From assembly GCA_951406725.2 (NCBI GenBank), contig OX597819.1, positions 65,596,001 through 65,660,000 on the forward strand: 64,000 bases of DNA, written 5' to 3'. The notes beneath the pieces are model-generated. The model did not search any database. It was given only the letters and a program-made list of their open reading frames with translations, and had not been told where the DNA came from. The translations under genes and the position numbers were made by a program. Below, piece after piece: positions 42,400-54,484 of the stretch. Origin of the DNA: Octopus vulgaris. Its lineage: Eukaryota. Each line of letters opens with the position of its first letter. Within the stretch, counting starts at the first letter, position 1.

Positions 42400-44325
42400 T
42401 CCTTAATGCTGCAATATTTAGATATGTCTCTTTTCTTTACGTTTTGAGTTCAAATCCTGCAGAAATAGAATTTCTCACCATCATTCTGGATTGGTTTAAT
42501 ACAATATTTACCAATGTTATTTTGGTATCGATGCCTTGAAATGTGGCATATCTTAAAATTGTGTCTTCGTATCGAAATTAGAAAATGCCATTCCATGAGA
42601 ACGGGGAGAATAACAAAATAGTTAGATCAACGGATAGAGGGGCTGCAGAGGTCAATTTCGCCCTTAATCTTTCTAGGTTGAAGAAAATAAATATGAGTCA
42701 AACATTGTAATCAATTTAGGGGGCAATACTAGTTTGCAAAATTTGCGATCATGTAGATATATTAGAATATGAAAGCTTGTTTTCTAGGGGGTGACTCCCG
42801 ATCGTTATGTCACCGGTTTGGTTCACTGAGCAGCGACGGCAGGTTTATTTGAGCGAAGCACTTTCCGAGTCAATGAAATATGCACCAGTTCAGCACTGAC
42901 TTTGATGTAATCAACATAACCTCTCCCCCGAAATTGCTGGCTTTATGCTAAAATTTTAAACCATTTTTAAAGGGCACCAGATGAGGCGCATTGACAGAAC
43001 CATTAGCGCATCGAGCAAAAAGCTTGGCGGCATTTCTTCCGGCTGTAATTTCTGAAGTAGAATGTTGCCAAGGCTGGTTTTGCCTTTCACCTTTGCAAGG
43101 TTGACAAAATAAGAACCAGTTGAAGATAGAAGTCGGCGTAATCAACAATTCAGTTACTCTCCCTAAAAATGTTAGCCTTCGATCAAATTTCTTTTTAACT
43201 TTGTCACAACGCTAGCAGTTTTGAGGGTCGGGGCAACTCGATTGCAACAACCCCAGGGTTCAATTTTACTGATACTTAGGATATTGACACCAAAAGTGAA
43301 AGGCAAAGGTGACATCAGCAGTATTTGAACTCAGAGCATAAAGACAGGGAAGAAATTTTGCTGAGCATTTTGTCCGACGCAGTAACATTTCTACCAGCTA
43401 ACTGCCTTTCCACGTGCGAAAATTGGAACGAATTATTAACGATTGACGCAATTCATGAAGGGGAAATGCGGCTGACAAATTATCGAGCAGTAGTTAGCAA
43501 TGACATTTTTTTTTATTACGTTCTTATTTCAAATCCCACAAGGAATCGACAATGATTTTTGTCGTCCTGTGTTCGCTAGCATAATTACCAATCAAATAAT
43601 TGAGTTGGTTTGATCGACTGATATGTCCCTGAAAGTCTATAGCATCGTAACTAAATGGGATATCAGTATCATTATTATTGAAATGATAATTATTCTGTGA
43701 GGTGCCTACTGTATTCGGTTAAGTTGCTTCAAGTTTTGAATTAAAATCCCTATAGATCTTTACTTTTCATTGTTCTGACGGTGATACGGAAGCATCAAAT
43801 TATGTCCTGGATTCGAATTAGTCGACCGAACTCATCCTTTGTACTTATGTTGATAATAAATTCTTATTACTATTATCTTTAAGGCGGCGAATCGTTAACA
43901 CGTAGGGCAAAAATGTTTGACGGCATTTCTACTGTGTGCGTTCTGAGTTCAAATTCCACCAAGGTCGATTTTTGCCTTTCATTCTTTCGAGGTCGATAAA
44001 AATACGTACCAGTTGAACACTGGCGTTGATGTAATCGACTCATCCCCTCCCACAAAACTGCTTCGTGTGTGGCAAAATTTGAAAGCATTATTACTTTTTT
44101 AAGGCGGTGAGCTGGCAGAATCTTTAGCACCGAGGACGGAATGCTTAGCGGTATTTCGCCCGTCGCTACTTTAACAGTTCAAATTCCGCCGAGGTTGACT
44201 TTGACTTTTGTCCTATCGAAGTCGATAAAAATAAATACCAGTTGAGTAATGGGGCCAATGTAATCGACTTACTTCTTCCCCCAAACTTTCAGGCCTTATA
44301 GCAGAAAGGATTGCTATTATTATTT
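42400..44325. mobile_element. Cluster of ~7 family B SINE copies of different ages (best preserved 43882-44090 and 44102-44320, +)
   Basis: Repeated GTTCAAAT B-boxes and TTTGCCTTTCA...GTCGATAAAA cores. Confidence 0.78.
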
Positions 44326-44334
44326 ATTATTATT

Positions 44335-44612
44335 GAGTGAGAGAGCAATGCATGTCATCAAAGTGACACTGGGTTAAAATATACGAAGCCCAGTAAACCC
44401 ATCATGACTACCCGTCTGATAAGGGTACACTAGGCACATGCATCACAGACACAATGACACACACACAAATACACACACACACACATATATACGATGAGCT
44501 TCTTTCAGTTTTCGTCTTCCAAATCCACTCACAAGGTTTTTGTCGGCCTGAGGATATAGTAGAAGACACTTGCCCAAGGTGCCACGCAGTGGGACCGAAC
44601 CCGGACCCATGG
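44335..44612 (-). mobile_element. Family A head joined to an alternative 3' tail ending in (AAT)n
   Basis: Family A head at 44490-44612; distinct tail GTGTACCCTTATCAGACGGGTAGTCATGATGGG...CTCTCTCACTCAATAATAA. Confidence 0.8.
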
Positions 44613-44981
44613 ACATTCAAGGGTCGTATTGAACCCCGTTGAAAACCACCAGTTTAGATCATATTCTGTGGAAGTTTACTAATATCGACTTGCTTAACCT
44701 AGCGACGAATTTAAAATAAATAAAAAAATTGAGCTATTTATTCAGACAATTCGGTGGCAATGGAACATAAACTAAATATTGATTTCTAGTTTTGTCAAGT
44801 TGGCCATTTATCTCTTTGTGCAGGTTATCTATAGAGGTTTCAATGGATCTCCGTGTTTGATCTTCTGTAGCGGTTTTCACGATAACCCTCCATTGCATTT
44901 TAGATTCAAAAGCCTATCAAATGCAGTATAGGACTTTACCATCCATACTTCTATGGTTAGTCATTATTATTTACCACCTTG

Positions 44982-45350
44982 CAGCAAGTGATCTGGCAGA
45001 ATCGTTAGCACGGCAGGCGAAATGCTTAGCGGTATTTCGTCTGCCGCTACGTTCTGAGTTCAAATTCCGCCGAGGTTAACTTTATCTTTCATCCTTTCGG
45101 GGTCGATTAAATAAGTACCAGTTACGCACTGAGGTCGATATAATCGACTTAATCCGTTTTCTATCCTTGTTTGTCCTCTCTATGTTTAGCCATTGTGGGT
45201 AGTAAAGAAATAGGTATTTCGGTTGCCGTTACGTTGAGTTCAAATTCCCCTGATATCGACTTTGCCTTTCAGCCTTTAGAGATCGATAAATTAAGTAAAT
45301 CGATTAACCCACCACACTGATTTCAGGCCTTATGCCTATAATACAAAATA
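44982..45350 (+). mobile_element. Family B SINE dimer with 18-bp flanking duplication
   Basis: TTATTATTTACCACCTTG at 44964-44981 and 45351-45368; internal restart GGTATTTCG at 45213. Confidence 0.92.
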
Positions 45351-45689
45351 TTATTATTTACCACCTTGTCGGCTCTGAAAGGAGAACTTATAACATTCTG
45401 ACCGGGGACATATCTCAAATCCCACGATATATTTTACAAGAACCTAAGAATGGTGTTAAACTGGGCGACGGATTACGTCTACAGTTTACTGTCGTGATTA
45501 ACTGCACTAGCAGAAAAGCAGCAAATGTAGTACCAATATGGCGTTTTGTCATGGCTCACACAATATAGGATTCAATAATTCAAAGCTTACACCCAATCTA
45601 GTGTGGTTAGACATTGTTGTTTCTCTCAAGATCTGACGTACATCTTCATATTCATTACATTATCGACCAGACAAACAAGTGCTGTTATA

Positions 45690-45970
45690 CACCGATAATC
45701 ACAATGCGCTTCTAATTCTGTTTTGATTGCGCCATTCTTTTCCATATTGACCCAAATTGCTTAACTAAGTTGTCCTCCTTTATTCGTGGAGGCCATTTAA
45801 ATGGTCTTTTCCAATCTATTTGGTACCACTTAGCAACTGTAAGGTTCCACTTACTGCCTGAAAACTTTGCGACACGTCTGGTCCAGCGGAACTTGTGTTT
45901 TCGGTACTCTACGATCGCATCTTTCATTCCACTCCGTTCTCCGTTTATCTCAATTCGATTGTTCTTGCTT
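45690..45970 (-). pseudogene. RTE/RTE-X LINE ORF2 C-terminal fragment
   Basis: KFRWTRRVAKFSGSKWNLTVAKWYQIDWKRPFKWPP...WKRMAQSK resembles the RTE C-terminal motif KWRWAGHVAR..D.RW...EW.P...KRP.GRP..RW. Confidence 0.8.
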
Positions 45971-46459
45971 TAGAAATTATTCTTCAGGGCTATCAGTGCA
46001 TAAACCTGTGAGAGATGAGTTAAAATTCTAGCAAACAAATCTAGATTCTGAGCCCCACATTGGATTTAGTCTTTCACTTCTTCTCACCCCCACCCAGGAT
46101 ATGATCGGAAAGATCATTCAAACCACTACCCCTTATCGACAAAGAAGTATGATTAAATTTTCTGTAACTCTTCCTTGTGCCATCAACGTACGAATAACGA
46201 TGACATTTTTTGACGAACACCATCTGAGTGTCTACGAATTTTGTGGGGGACAAACAAGAAGATTTTTTTTTTTTGCCTCTGGCTAATCTTTATTCATATC
46301 ATCATTTTCTCAGCTCTCTACGCACAAGCTCACTACAACTACCTGGGTTTTGAGGTTGAACTATGGAAATTGTTAGAGAAAGAAACGAAGCTGTTTTCTT
46401 TTCTTTTTTTTTTTTTTTTTTGCATTTCATACCAATACATACAACTAAAGCAAAATTTT

Positions 46460-46572
46460 ATCAGACCCCTTAAAATAAAATTGTGGATCCCCAATGTACT
46501 ATCTTATAGTGTGGATCCTGCGAAAAAATATATGGACCCTCAGGGGTCACATGAACCCCATTGAGAACGCTA
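46460..46572 (+). mobile_element. hAT-like MITE terminus (related end at ~44610-44650)
   Basis: GGACCC/GGGGTC subterminal motifs and a ..TTGAGAAC.. terminal motif. Confidence 0.45.
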
Positions 46573-46884
46573 GATTCTAAATCTAATGTCTTAAAAAAGA
46601 AATACATGAAAGACATTAGATTATGCTATCCTCGATGAAGAAAAAAATTAGAGGGGACGAACGCATCTGAAACGCCTTTGATGATAAAACAGCAGAATAA
46701 TGACTGACCTTTTTTCTTCACTAATTAACTGCCAAATTTTTTATTCATACTTTTTTGCTTTGCCAGGTGTCTTAGGAGTTAAAATCATATATAGTATTTA
46801 AATTTTCTTCATATAGGAATCACAGTAATCCCTGCGTGTAGGCATATATATATGTATACGTCTATATATATATATATATATATA

Positions 46885-47303
46885 TAAAATTCAGGATGAA
46901 TACTTGATAACTGTAAGCACCTGTATATGCCAGTTAGTGGTGTAGGTGATAGAGTATATTTATCAAAAGAAAAACAGGATGCAAAGGATTTAGTGGTACA
47001 TATGTTTCTGGTCCATAGCGTTTTTCATTCGATATAGAATCGAGTGTAAAACGGTATGGACGCTTTGTTTTTGCTTTGGTGTCTCGCTCTGCTGTATACG
47101 AATATGAGGATTTGCATCCCCAACGAAAATCGTCTTTTTCCCAAACTTATAATGTAATACATGTCCTTGGTGTGGTAATTGTGTGCGGGCGGCTGATGAA
47201 GGCTATTGACATACATATTACATCAATTATGCATTGACATAAACTGTCTAATAAAGGCCAGAAACATATGTACCGCTAAATTCTTTGCACCCTGTTTTTC
47301 TTT

Positions 47304-47308
<5 letters not shown>
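46885..47308. mobile_element. Penelope-like remnant with inverted terminal segments, embedded in (TA)n
   Basis: 51-bp inverted repeat 46961-47011 / 47258-47308 (3 mismatches); contains a hammerhead motif; TA tracts on both sides. Confidence 0.7.
47189..47276 (+). ncRNA. Type I hammerhead ribozyme motif (Penelope-type, palindromic stem III)
   Basis: Stem I GCGG/CCGC; core CTGATGA 47193-47199; stem II GGC-TATT-GACA/TGTC-AATA-GCC; GAAA 47261-47264; stem III ACATATGT; GTA cleavage triplet 47270-47272. Confidence 0.72.
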
Positions 47309-47334
<26 letters not shown>

Positions 47335-47350
47335 CGTACATGCATAAGTA

Positions 47351-47591
47351 CAGTAATCTCTCGACTATCGCGGGTGTGTTACGTTCCAAAAACTCCCACG
47401 ATAGGTGAAAATCGGCGAAGTAGAAGCAGTACTGCACTACATATTTTTAAAATTATACTTATAATTTGTATATATTCATTTTATTATAAATGCAAAACAA
47501 CACGACGGAGGAATCGATGTAAGCATAAATAATAAGCTTCCTATGAACACCTATCGCGATAGATGAACTGCGATATGGCGAGGAATTACCG
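47351..47591. mobile_element. Tigger/pogo-like MITE, complete
   Basis: TA TSD; imperfect TIRs CAGTAATCTCTCGACTATCGCG / reverse complement CGGTAATTCCTCGCCATATCGCA. Confidence 0.82.
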
Positions 47592-47594
47592 TAT

Positions 47595-48008
47595 TTTGGG
47601 AATTATGATAAATTTTTCGAAAAGTCTCAAATGGGGATCGCTGAAAAAAAGTATATTTGTCCGTATCTATTCAATTGCAATAATAAACATTTTAGTGGGG
47701 TTTTTAAAAGTATAGTATTAAATGCGAATGTGTATGAAATATCAATGAATGATATAGATGGGGAATGCAAAAAAAAAAAAAGAAAAACGTTTTCAAAACA
47801 GTCGATATTTTTGTAGTACGAAAATTGCAATTTATACCATAAAATGTCCCCTAGAATTAGCCTGAGCTAATAATGACCAACTTTAAATACTAAATATTGT
47901 TAAACACATCTGTGCATATGCAATTCACTTTAAATGCAGCGAACAACCGACAGTGAAGCTTTTTTTTAACAAATCTCCAAATGGGGCTCATGGCAGGTAA
48001 GGGGTTAA
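47595..48008. mobile_element. Possible piggyBac-like non-autonomous element end
   Basis: Ends ..GGCAGGTAAGGGG|TTAA; CAAATGGGG repeated at ~47628 and ~47978. The other terminus was not found. Confidence 0.35.
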
Positions 48009-48789
48009 GCTATCATGCTATTATGAGCAATGGCGTCGATGGTTACATATTTCCGCAGGTGCATAGATTTACAGATCTTATGCCTAGACAGTAACATCAA
48101 GAAGAAGAACAACAACAACCCCAAGCTAGCAACACTGTCATTATCAGCACCATTAACACCACCACTGCCACCACCACTACCACCAACAACAACAATACCA
48201 TAAACATCAAAATCAATGACAACATCATCATCATCACCATTATCAACTAAACTAACACTGTTACCATCATTAGAAACACCATCACCACTAACACTATCAA
48301 TAACAACATTAACGTCAACACAAACAGGTTTAACCGTTTTCAAACGCAGCCTCATCAGTATCGCAAGCATCACTGTTATATACGATGGAACCTCTAAGTG
48401 GTCGTATAATTTTCTAGATATAACAGCCCTGTCTCGCTAAAATTTACGCAAGGAGACATAGGAATAAATGATCCCAAATACACAAGATATTGGTTTCAAA
48501 TTTTAGCACAAGGCCAGCAATTTCAGAGGAGGTGGAAGCAAGTCTTTGACATCGATCCCAGTGTTCAAGTGGTATTTACTTTATCGAGTCGAAATGATGA
48601 AACTCAAATTCGACCTCTGTGGAATACGAACAAGGAACGATTCTGCCAATTTGCCGCCTTATGGACATAACAGGTAGTTAGAAGGCCACAGGATCTCAGA
48701 GCCACAGTGGATACGCAATATATTAAGATATGAGGTGAATGTCTTACATCATGTTAGATCCAATCTTCTAGCCGAAGACATAGCAACAC

Positions 48790-49500
48790 ACCGTATCTAC
48801 AAGACCACAAGCACCACTACCACCACCACCCCACCCCTACCACTCCACCACCACCCCATCAATGCCCCCCCATCACTACCACAACCACCCCATCACTACC
48901 ACCTCACCCCCACCACCATAATCGCCACTACCACCATCACCACCACTACCACAGACACCACCACCATCTCCACCACAACCGGTACTATCGCCTCAACCAC
49001 CATCACCAACACCACCACAACCGGCACTATTTCTACAACCACCATCACCGCCACTAACAACACCACCACCCCACCCAACACTATCAACGCCTTGTCTACC
49101 AACACATGATATCACCAAGTCGATCACCACCATCAACACCAAAACCACCACTACCACCACCACCAATAACAACAACAACAGCACCACCGCCGCCAACACT
49201 ACTGTCAAAACAACCACACCAAATCCATCAAGAACAACTCTATTACAACTTCAGTAAGCACCATCATCACTGTGACCACACCTTCACGAAATCCAACACC
49301 ACCTCTTATCAGGTGACCTCTGCAACACCGCTATCACTTCCATCACAACACCATCGAATTCAACGCCACGTCCTCCGCCAACACTAGTCACACTATGATC
49401 AAGATAACACTACCTCCACCACCACCACAAGTAATATCACATAACTTCACCACGTTCACTACCACAACCACCACCATCACCACCACTACCACCATCTTAA
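48790..49500. repeat. Degenerate (CAC/CAA)n low-complexity tract
   Basis: Directly visible; explains the T/P/H-rich pseudo-ORFs. Confidence 0.92.
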
Positions 49501-49959
49501 TATGATTCTAATATTGCTTCCAACACCATCACCTTCAGCACAATGAGCGTCGCCGTCCCCAGCAGCACAAGCATTACAAGAAACACGAATCGAGAAGCAT
49601 GTTACAAAGGCAAGGAACGTAAGAGACAACGTAGAGTGTCAGTAGATTTCGGTTCTGGCTATTTGACTGTTGATAACAATGGCGTACATCAAACAGACAT
49701 CAAAACAGCTAAGAAAATCTGCAGCATGCCATGTTACGACAATCGATGAATCAATCTATCAATCAATCAAGCAATCTATCTAACTTTCAATAAATTAATA
49801 ATAACAATGATGGTGATGATGATGATGATAATAATAATAATGAAAATAATAATGTGTAAGTCTGTATTCGTTGCATGTATGTGTGTGTGTGTCTGTGTGT
49901 GCGTTTGTTTGTGTATGTTTGTGTGCAAGAACATTTATGCATGCACACATGCGCACGCA

Positions 49960-50017
<58 letters not shown>

Positions 50018-50121
50018 GGCTATGAGTTTATTTTAATCTAAACATCAAACTGTATGTACATTTATACACACAAACATGCTCATATACGTACCTAAGATTT
50101 GAATATATATATATATGATTG

Positions 50122-50177
<56 letters not shown>

Positions 50178-50181
50178 TTAG

Positions 50182-50212
<31 letters not shown>

Positions 50213-50843
50213 CTGTGTGTGTAGGTACACATATGTATACATATATATATACACATACATATCTATATATATTTGTATATATATATACATATATATAGAT
50301 ATATAGATATGCATACATATATATATATAAACATATATAAATATATATATATGTATGTGTGCGTGTGTACACTTACATACACATGCACACGTTTATATAC
50401 ACACACATGCTCAGTTTATATACTCACACATGCTTGTATACACACATATGCTCAGAGACGACTGAAAACATAGCTAGTACAAGTAAAATTTGAATTGATA
50501 GTAGAATCGTCTGCGAGTTATTTCGCTCCATTGTTTCTGACCTTTCATAGACACATACACGCGGCGTATTTGGAAACGATTCTTTAGATCTTCAACATGA
50601 GTAACTGCATTTTACGATTTCCAGCATCCATTGTATAATGGTAGCTATATACTTGATATGTATATTTGTATTAAAATGGCACATAAGTGATCCTAGACAA
50701 GTTTTTTTTTTTTTAATCTCGTTCATGTTGCTGATTTTTTTCGAATATACCGCACATTTATTTCTTCATTTCTCTGGTTCTTTCACTCCGATGGAGAACG
50801 TACGCCCGAAGTATTAAAGGTATTTGAATGTTACTGCAATACA

Positions 50844-51167
50844 TTATAATCTCCACCTCACCGAATGTGGAGGTATTGTTTTCAGTCGTGTTTCTTTGGC
50901 TGTTTGTTTGTTCTCAAGAACTGACGGATAGATTCGGATGAAGCTTTCGGAGATGTTTGACCCCTTGACTGGCACGAACTGAATAGACTTTGGGATCGAT
51001 CCGGTACCGGACAAAGATTCTGGATTATTTTTCCGGTTTTTACTTAAATTTTGAGAGCAGTCGGGTTCATTTCAGATATTCTCATTTTAAAAACCATCTC
51101 CGGCTAATCATAGAGAGGACGTTGGTGTTGCCTTGGCAAAGGTTTGCGCTCTCTAGGTGCTGTTGCT
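50844..51167 (+). mobile_element. Helentron-associated non-autonomous element (HINE/DINE-1-like)
   Basis: 5' CTCCACC..GTGGAGG inverted motif, (GTTT)n microsatellite, 3' subTIR-like CCTTGGCAAAGGT then hairpin GCGCTCTCTAGGTGC; TT-containing boundaries. Confidence 0.72.
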
Positions 51168-51360
51168 TATCATATTGTTTAACATCTTATTTTCTCACCA
51201 ACTCAGATATTACAACCAGCTGCACCAAAACTAGTGTGCAATTTATGTGCGCTTCTTTACAAAAGTATTTCTAGACTAAAAGAAGCCACATAAAATATCA
51301 GGCGAGAATAGTAACATCATGTACACTGAGATTGCCAAGCTAAATATTGAGTAGACTACC

Positions 51361-51420
<60 letters not shown>

Positions 51421-51440
51421 TACACACAGACGTACACACG

Positions 51441-51482
<42 letters not shown>

Positions 51483-52015
51483 CTGTGTTTTTCTCCTTGT
51501 CCTGTCTTTTACTGTTTTAATTTGTATTGGTTTTACTGTCTTGTTTTGTTTTTAGTGTTCTGTTCTTGTTACCACTTTTACCCTTCCGCAAAAATTCCCA
51601 AATTTTATTTAAGTTGCTTTGCGGGAATGACTGTTTCAAGGAAGTTGCGTCTTGTCCTTTCCTTCGAACGCGGAGTAGCCAAAACAGGGACAACTATAGA
51701 AGGGTAATATTCCTTGTGTTATATGTCTTGTACTCTGTTTTTTCGTTGTTTGAAAAAAAGTCCGTTGCCATGTTTTTGCTTATATGTTTTCGTTTCTCAT
51801 TGTGTTCAACGGTTTTTTTTTTTTGCGGGGGGGTCCTGTTCTCATATATGCATGTATATATACATATAGATGTAGATCTGTACATATATGTATGTATATA
51901 TGCATATGTTTATATATTATTTTGTTATTTTATATATATATGTATATATATATATATTCTTTATTTATGAATTAAGGCTACCATATCTTTCACGTTAAGA
52001 AAAGTAACAAAATAT

Positions 52016-52101
52016 TTTCGTGTCTCAATTTTTCAAGATGAGTACAAGGAGAATGTTCTCTTCCGTTTCGAAAACAGTCTAGCTTCTATCACGGGATTTC
52101 T
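52016..52101 (+). repeat. 86-bp exact direct duplicate of 55292-55377
   Basis: TTTCGTGTCTCAA...ACGGGATTTCT is identical at both positions. Confidence 0.95.
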
Positions 52102-52420
52102 CGTAAATTCGCGTAAATAATATATATATATATATGACGAGCTTCTTTCAATTTCCCTCTACCAAATGCCCTCACAAAGATTTAGTCGGCCCGAGGCTAT
52201 AGTAGAAGACACCTGCCCAAGTTGCCACGCAGTGGGACTGAACTCGGAACCATGTGGATGGGAAGCAAGATTCTTGCCACTGAAAACAGATCGACGGCTG
52301 CCCGTTGGAGTTTTTCTGTTCAATAGTGAAATGTCATTTCTTTTTCTCCTCCTCCCTCATCTCTTTTCTATCAGTAATGTTATTAGTGTTATTATGCAAT
52401 ATAGATGTTACGTTTGAATA

Positions 52421-52473
<53 letters not shown>

Positions 52474-52595
52474 ATAGCAGCAGCAGCACCAGCAGCAGTG
52501 CTGCTGCTAATAGTGGTAAAGTTTAGGTAGAATCAGTAGACTCATTCATTTTCGAAAACCGTGCCCCTGTGCTCATGATTAAAATTATCCTATAT

Positions 52596-52651
<56 letters not shown>

Positions 52652-53384
52652 GTATGTATGTATATAGCTATACTCGCGAACATAGCACACACTCGTACAC
52701 ACACAGACATATAGATATACACACAGAAGGAAGCCGGGTGAAGTAGATAGATAGATAGATAGATAATGACACAAAGCGCTTTAAGAAAAAAATGAAACAT
52801 AAAATCGACAGGAAAAATATTGAATATGACAGCACGAAACTACATTGGAACGTGTAAAATGTTGATCGGTATTAATATTCAAAGATAAAAGATATTCCGA
52901 ACATCAATTCTTCAACGGGAAAACCGATTTATTGCATATATGCGTGGGAGCATAATTAACGCACACATATACACATTCGAGTTTGCTGCTCATATAAAGG
53001 ATCTCATGTAACAGAGAAACAATTTGACATGCATATTTATCCACGCAGATATTTAGTGATAAATAGATTCAGAGCTATATGCATATACATAAAGATCGAA
53101 GGAGTCTTTACGTGGCCGTTGCTAGCTTTTAGCAATATTAACAGAATCGTTGCACGTGTAGCTGAATGCTTAAGCATTTTGCTACGTAAAGAGTTGCTTT
53201 GGGGTTCGTCTCCACTGCGCAGCCATGTTGTAGCATAGCCTCTCGCAGAAAAATGACAAACAATATAGATAGAAGCTCATCCTATATGTATGCAATGCAC
53301 GTATGTAAGTATGTATATATGTATGTATGCATGTATGTGTGTGTGTATATGTGTATATCTTTGTATGTATGTATGTATGTCAGG

Positions 53385-53990
53385 TCACTGTGAGATCTCT
53401 CATAAGCGCTACTGGTAGCATAGTCCCCAGTACATCCTCTGGTATGGTCGACGACTAAACCGGCACTAGACCGGAACTAAACTTGGTCGTCGGCGAATAA
53501 GCCGGTATCCACATCAAGATAGCTTGACAGGGATAATTGCTAAAAACGCAAAAGGCTAAAAAGAAACAGCTGTCAGAAGCACGGATGAACCTAGTCTAGA
53601 TTCAACAACTATCTAGCAACAGCGCGAGCAGTCAGAAATCCCGGGTCGATGTCTGTCGGGCTGGAAGGCCTCTGGGAGTGAGGCACTCCTCAGCTTTTGT
53701 TCAAGCCTATCTGTCGGAGTAGTTCACTCTGATATTAAACCGGGTATGTAGGAAATAGTATTGAACATTTGGGCTATATTTTTAGTTGCACTTGAGATCC
53801 TGGCTCTCCCACATTCATTGAGCCACTACCCATATTGCTAGGAGATATCCTAGCAATATCTTGCGTTGACTTGACTCTGGAACATATCAATGTGGTGGAG
53901 TCTATGAGGCGTCGTGTAATCCTTATTGGTCTTAAAGATTGGCGCAGACATTACTTGTCAGGGATGGTGATACTCGTCTACAAATAGACA
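53385..53990 (+). mobile_element. Probable 5' region of a non-LTR retrotransposon (RTE-like), structured RNA leader
   Basis: Sharp switch from ATGT repeat to GC-richer, hairpin-rich sequence with HDV-like structural elements at the 5' edge; no intact ORF. Confidence 0.4.
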
Positions 53991-54448
53991 CTCATCATGT
54001 ACGTATACATGTATATTTAAAAGTGTGTATTCATGTATGTCTTTTAATTCTTTGTTGGTGCTCTTCCTATAAGCAAGGAGCTGTTTTCATAACTGTAGTT
54101 TAGATAAAGACAAGAATGGTTGTTATATATTATTACTTTCAGGAAGCGTTGCATGGTATTTGTGTTCCACTGAGAAAATGAACCAGTGAAATTAGTGTTA
54201 GCTCGACCGTATTTATGTAGAATAAAGAAATACGTATTTATGTATGTACATACAGATGTATAATAAACATATTCGTAAAACTTAAATCCGCGAATGCAAG
54301 CATAAATACGCACATGATGGTCTTCTACCTATGTGTATATGCACGTGTATGCATGAACATACCTATCGTGTATATTTATATACACATGAATACACAGACA
54401 CGCACACATATACATATGCATATATATATGTATACATATGCATATATA

Positions 54449-54484
<36 letters not shown>

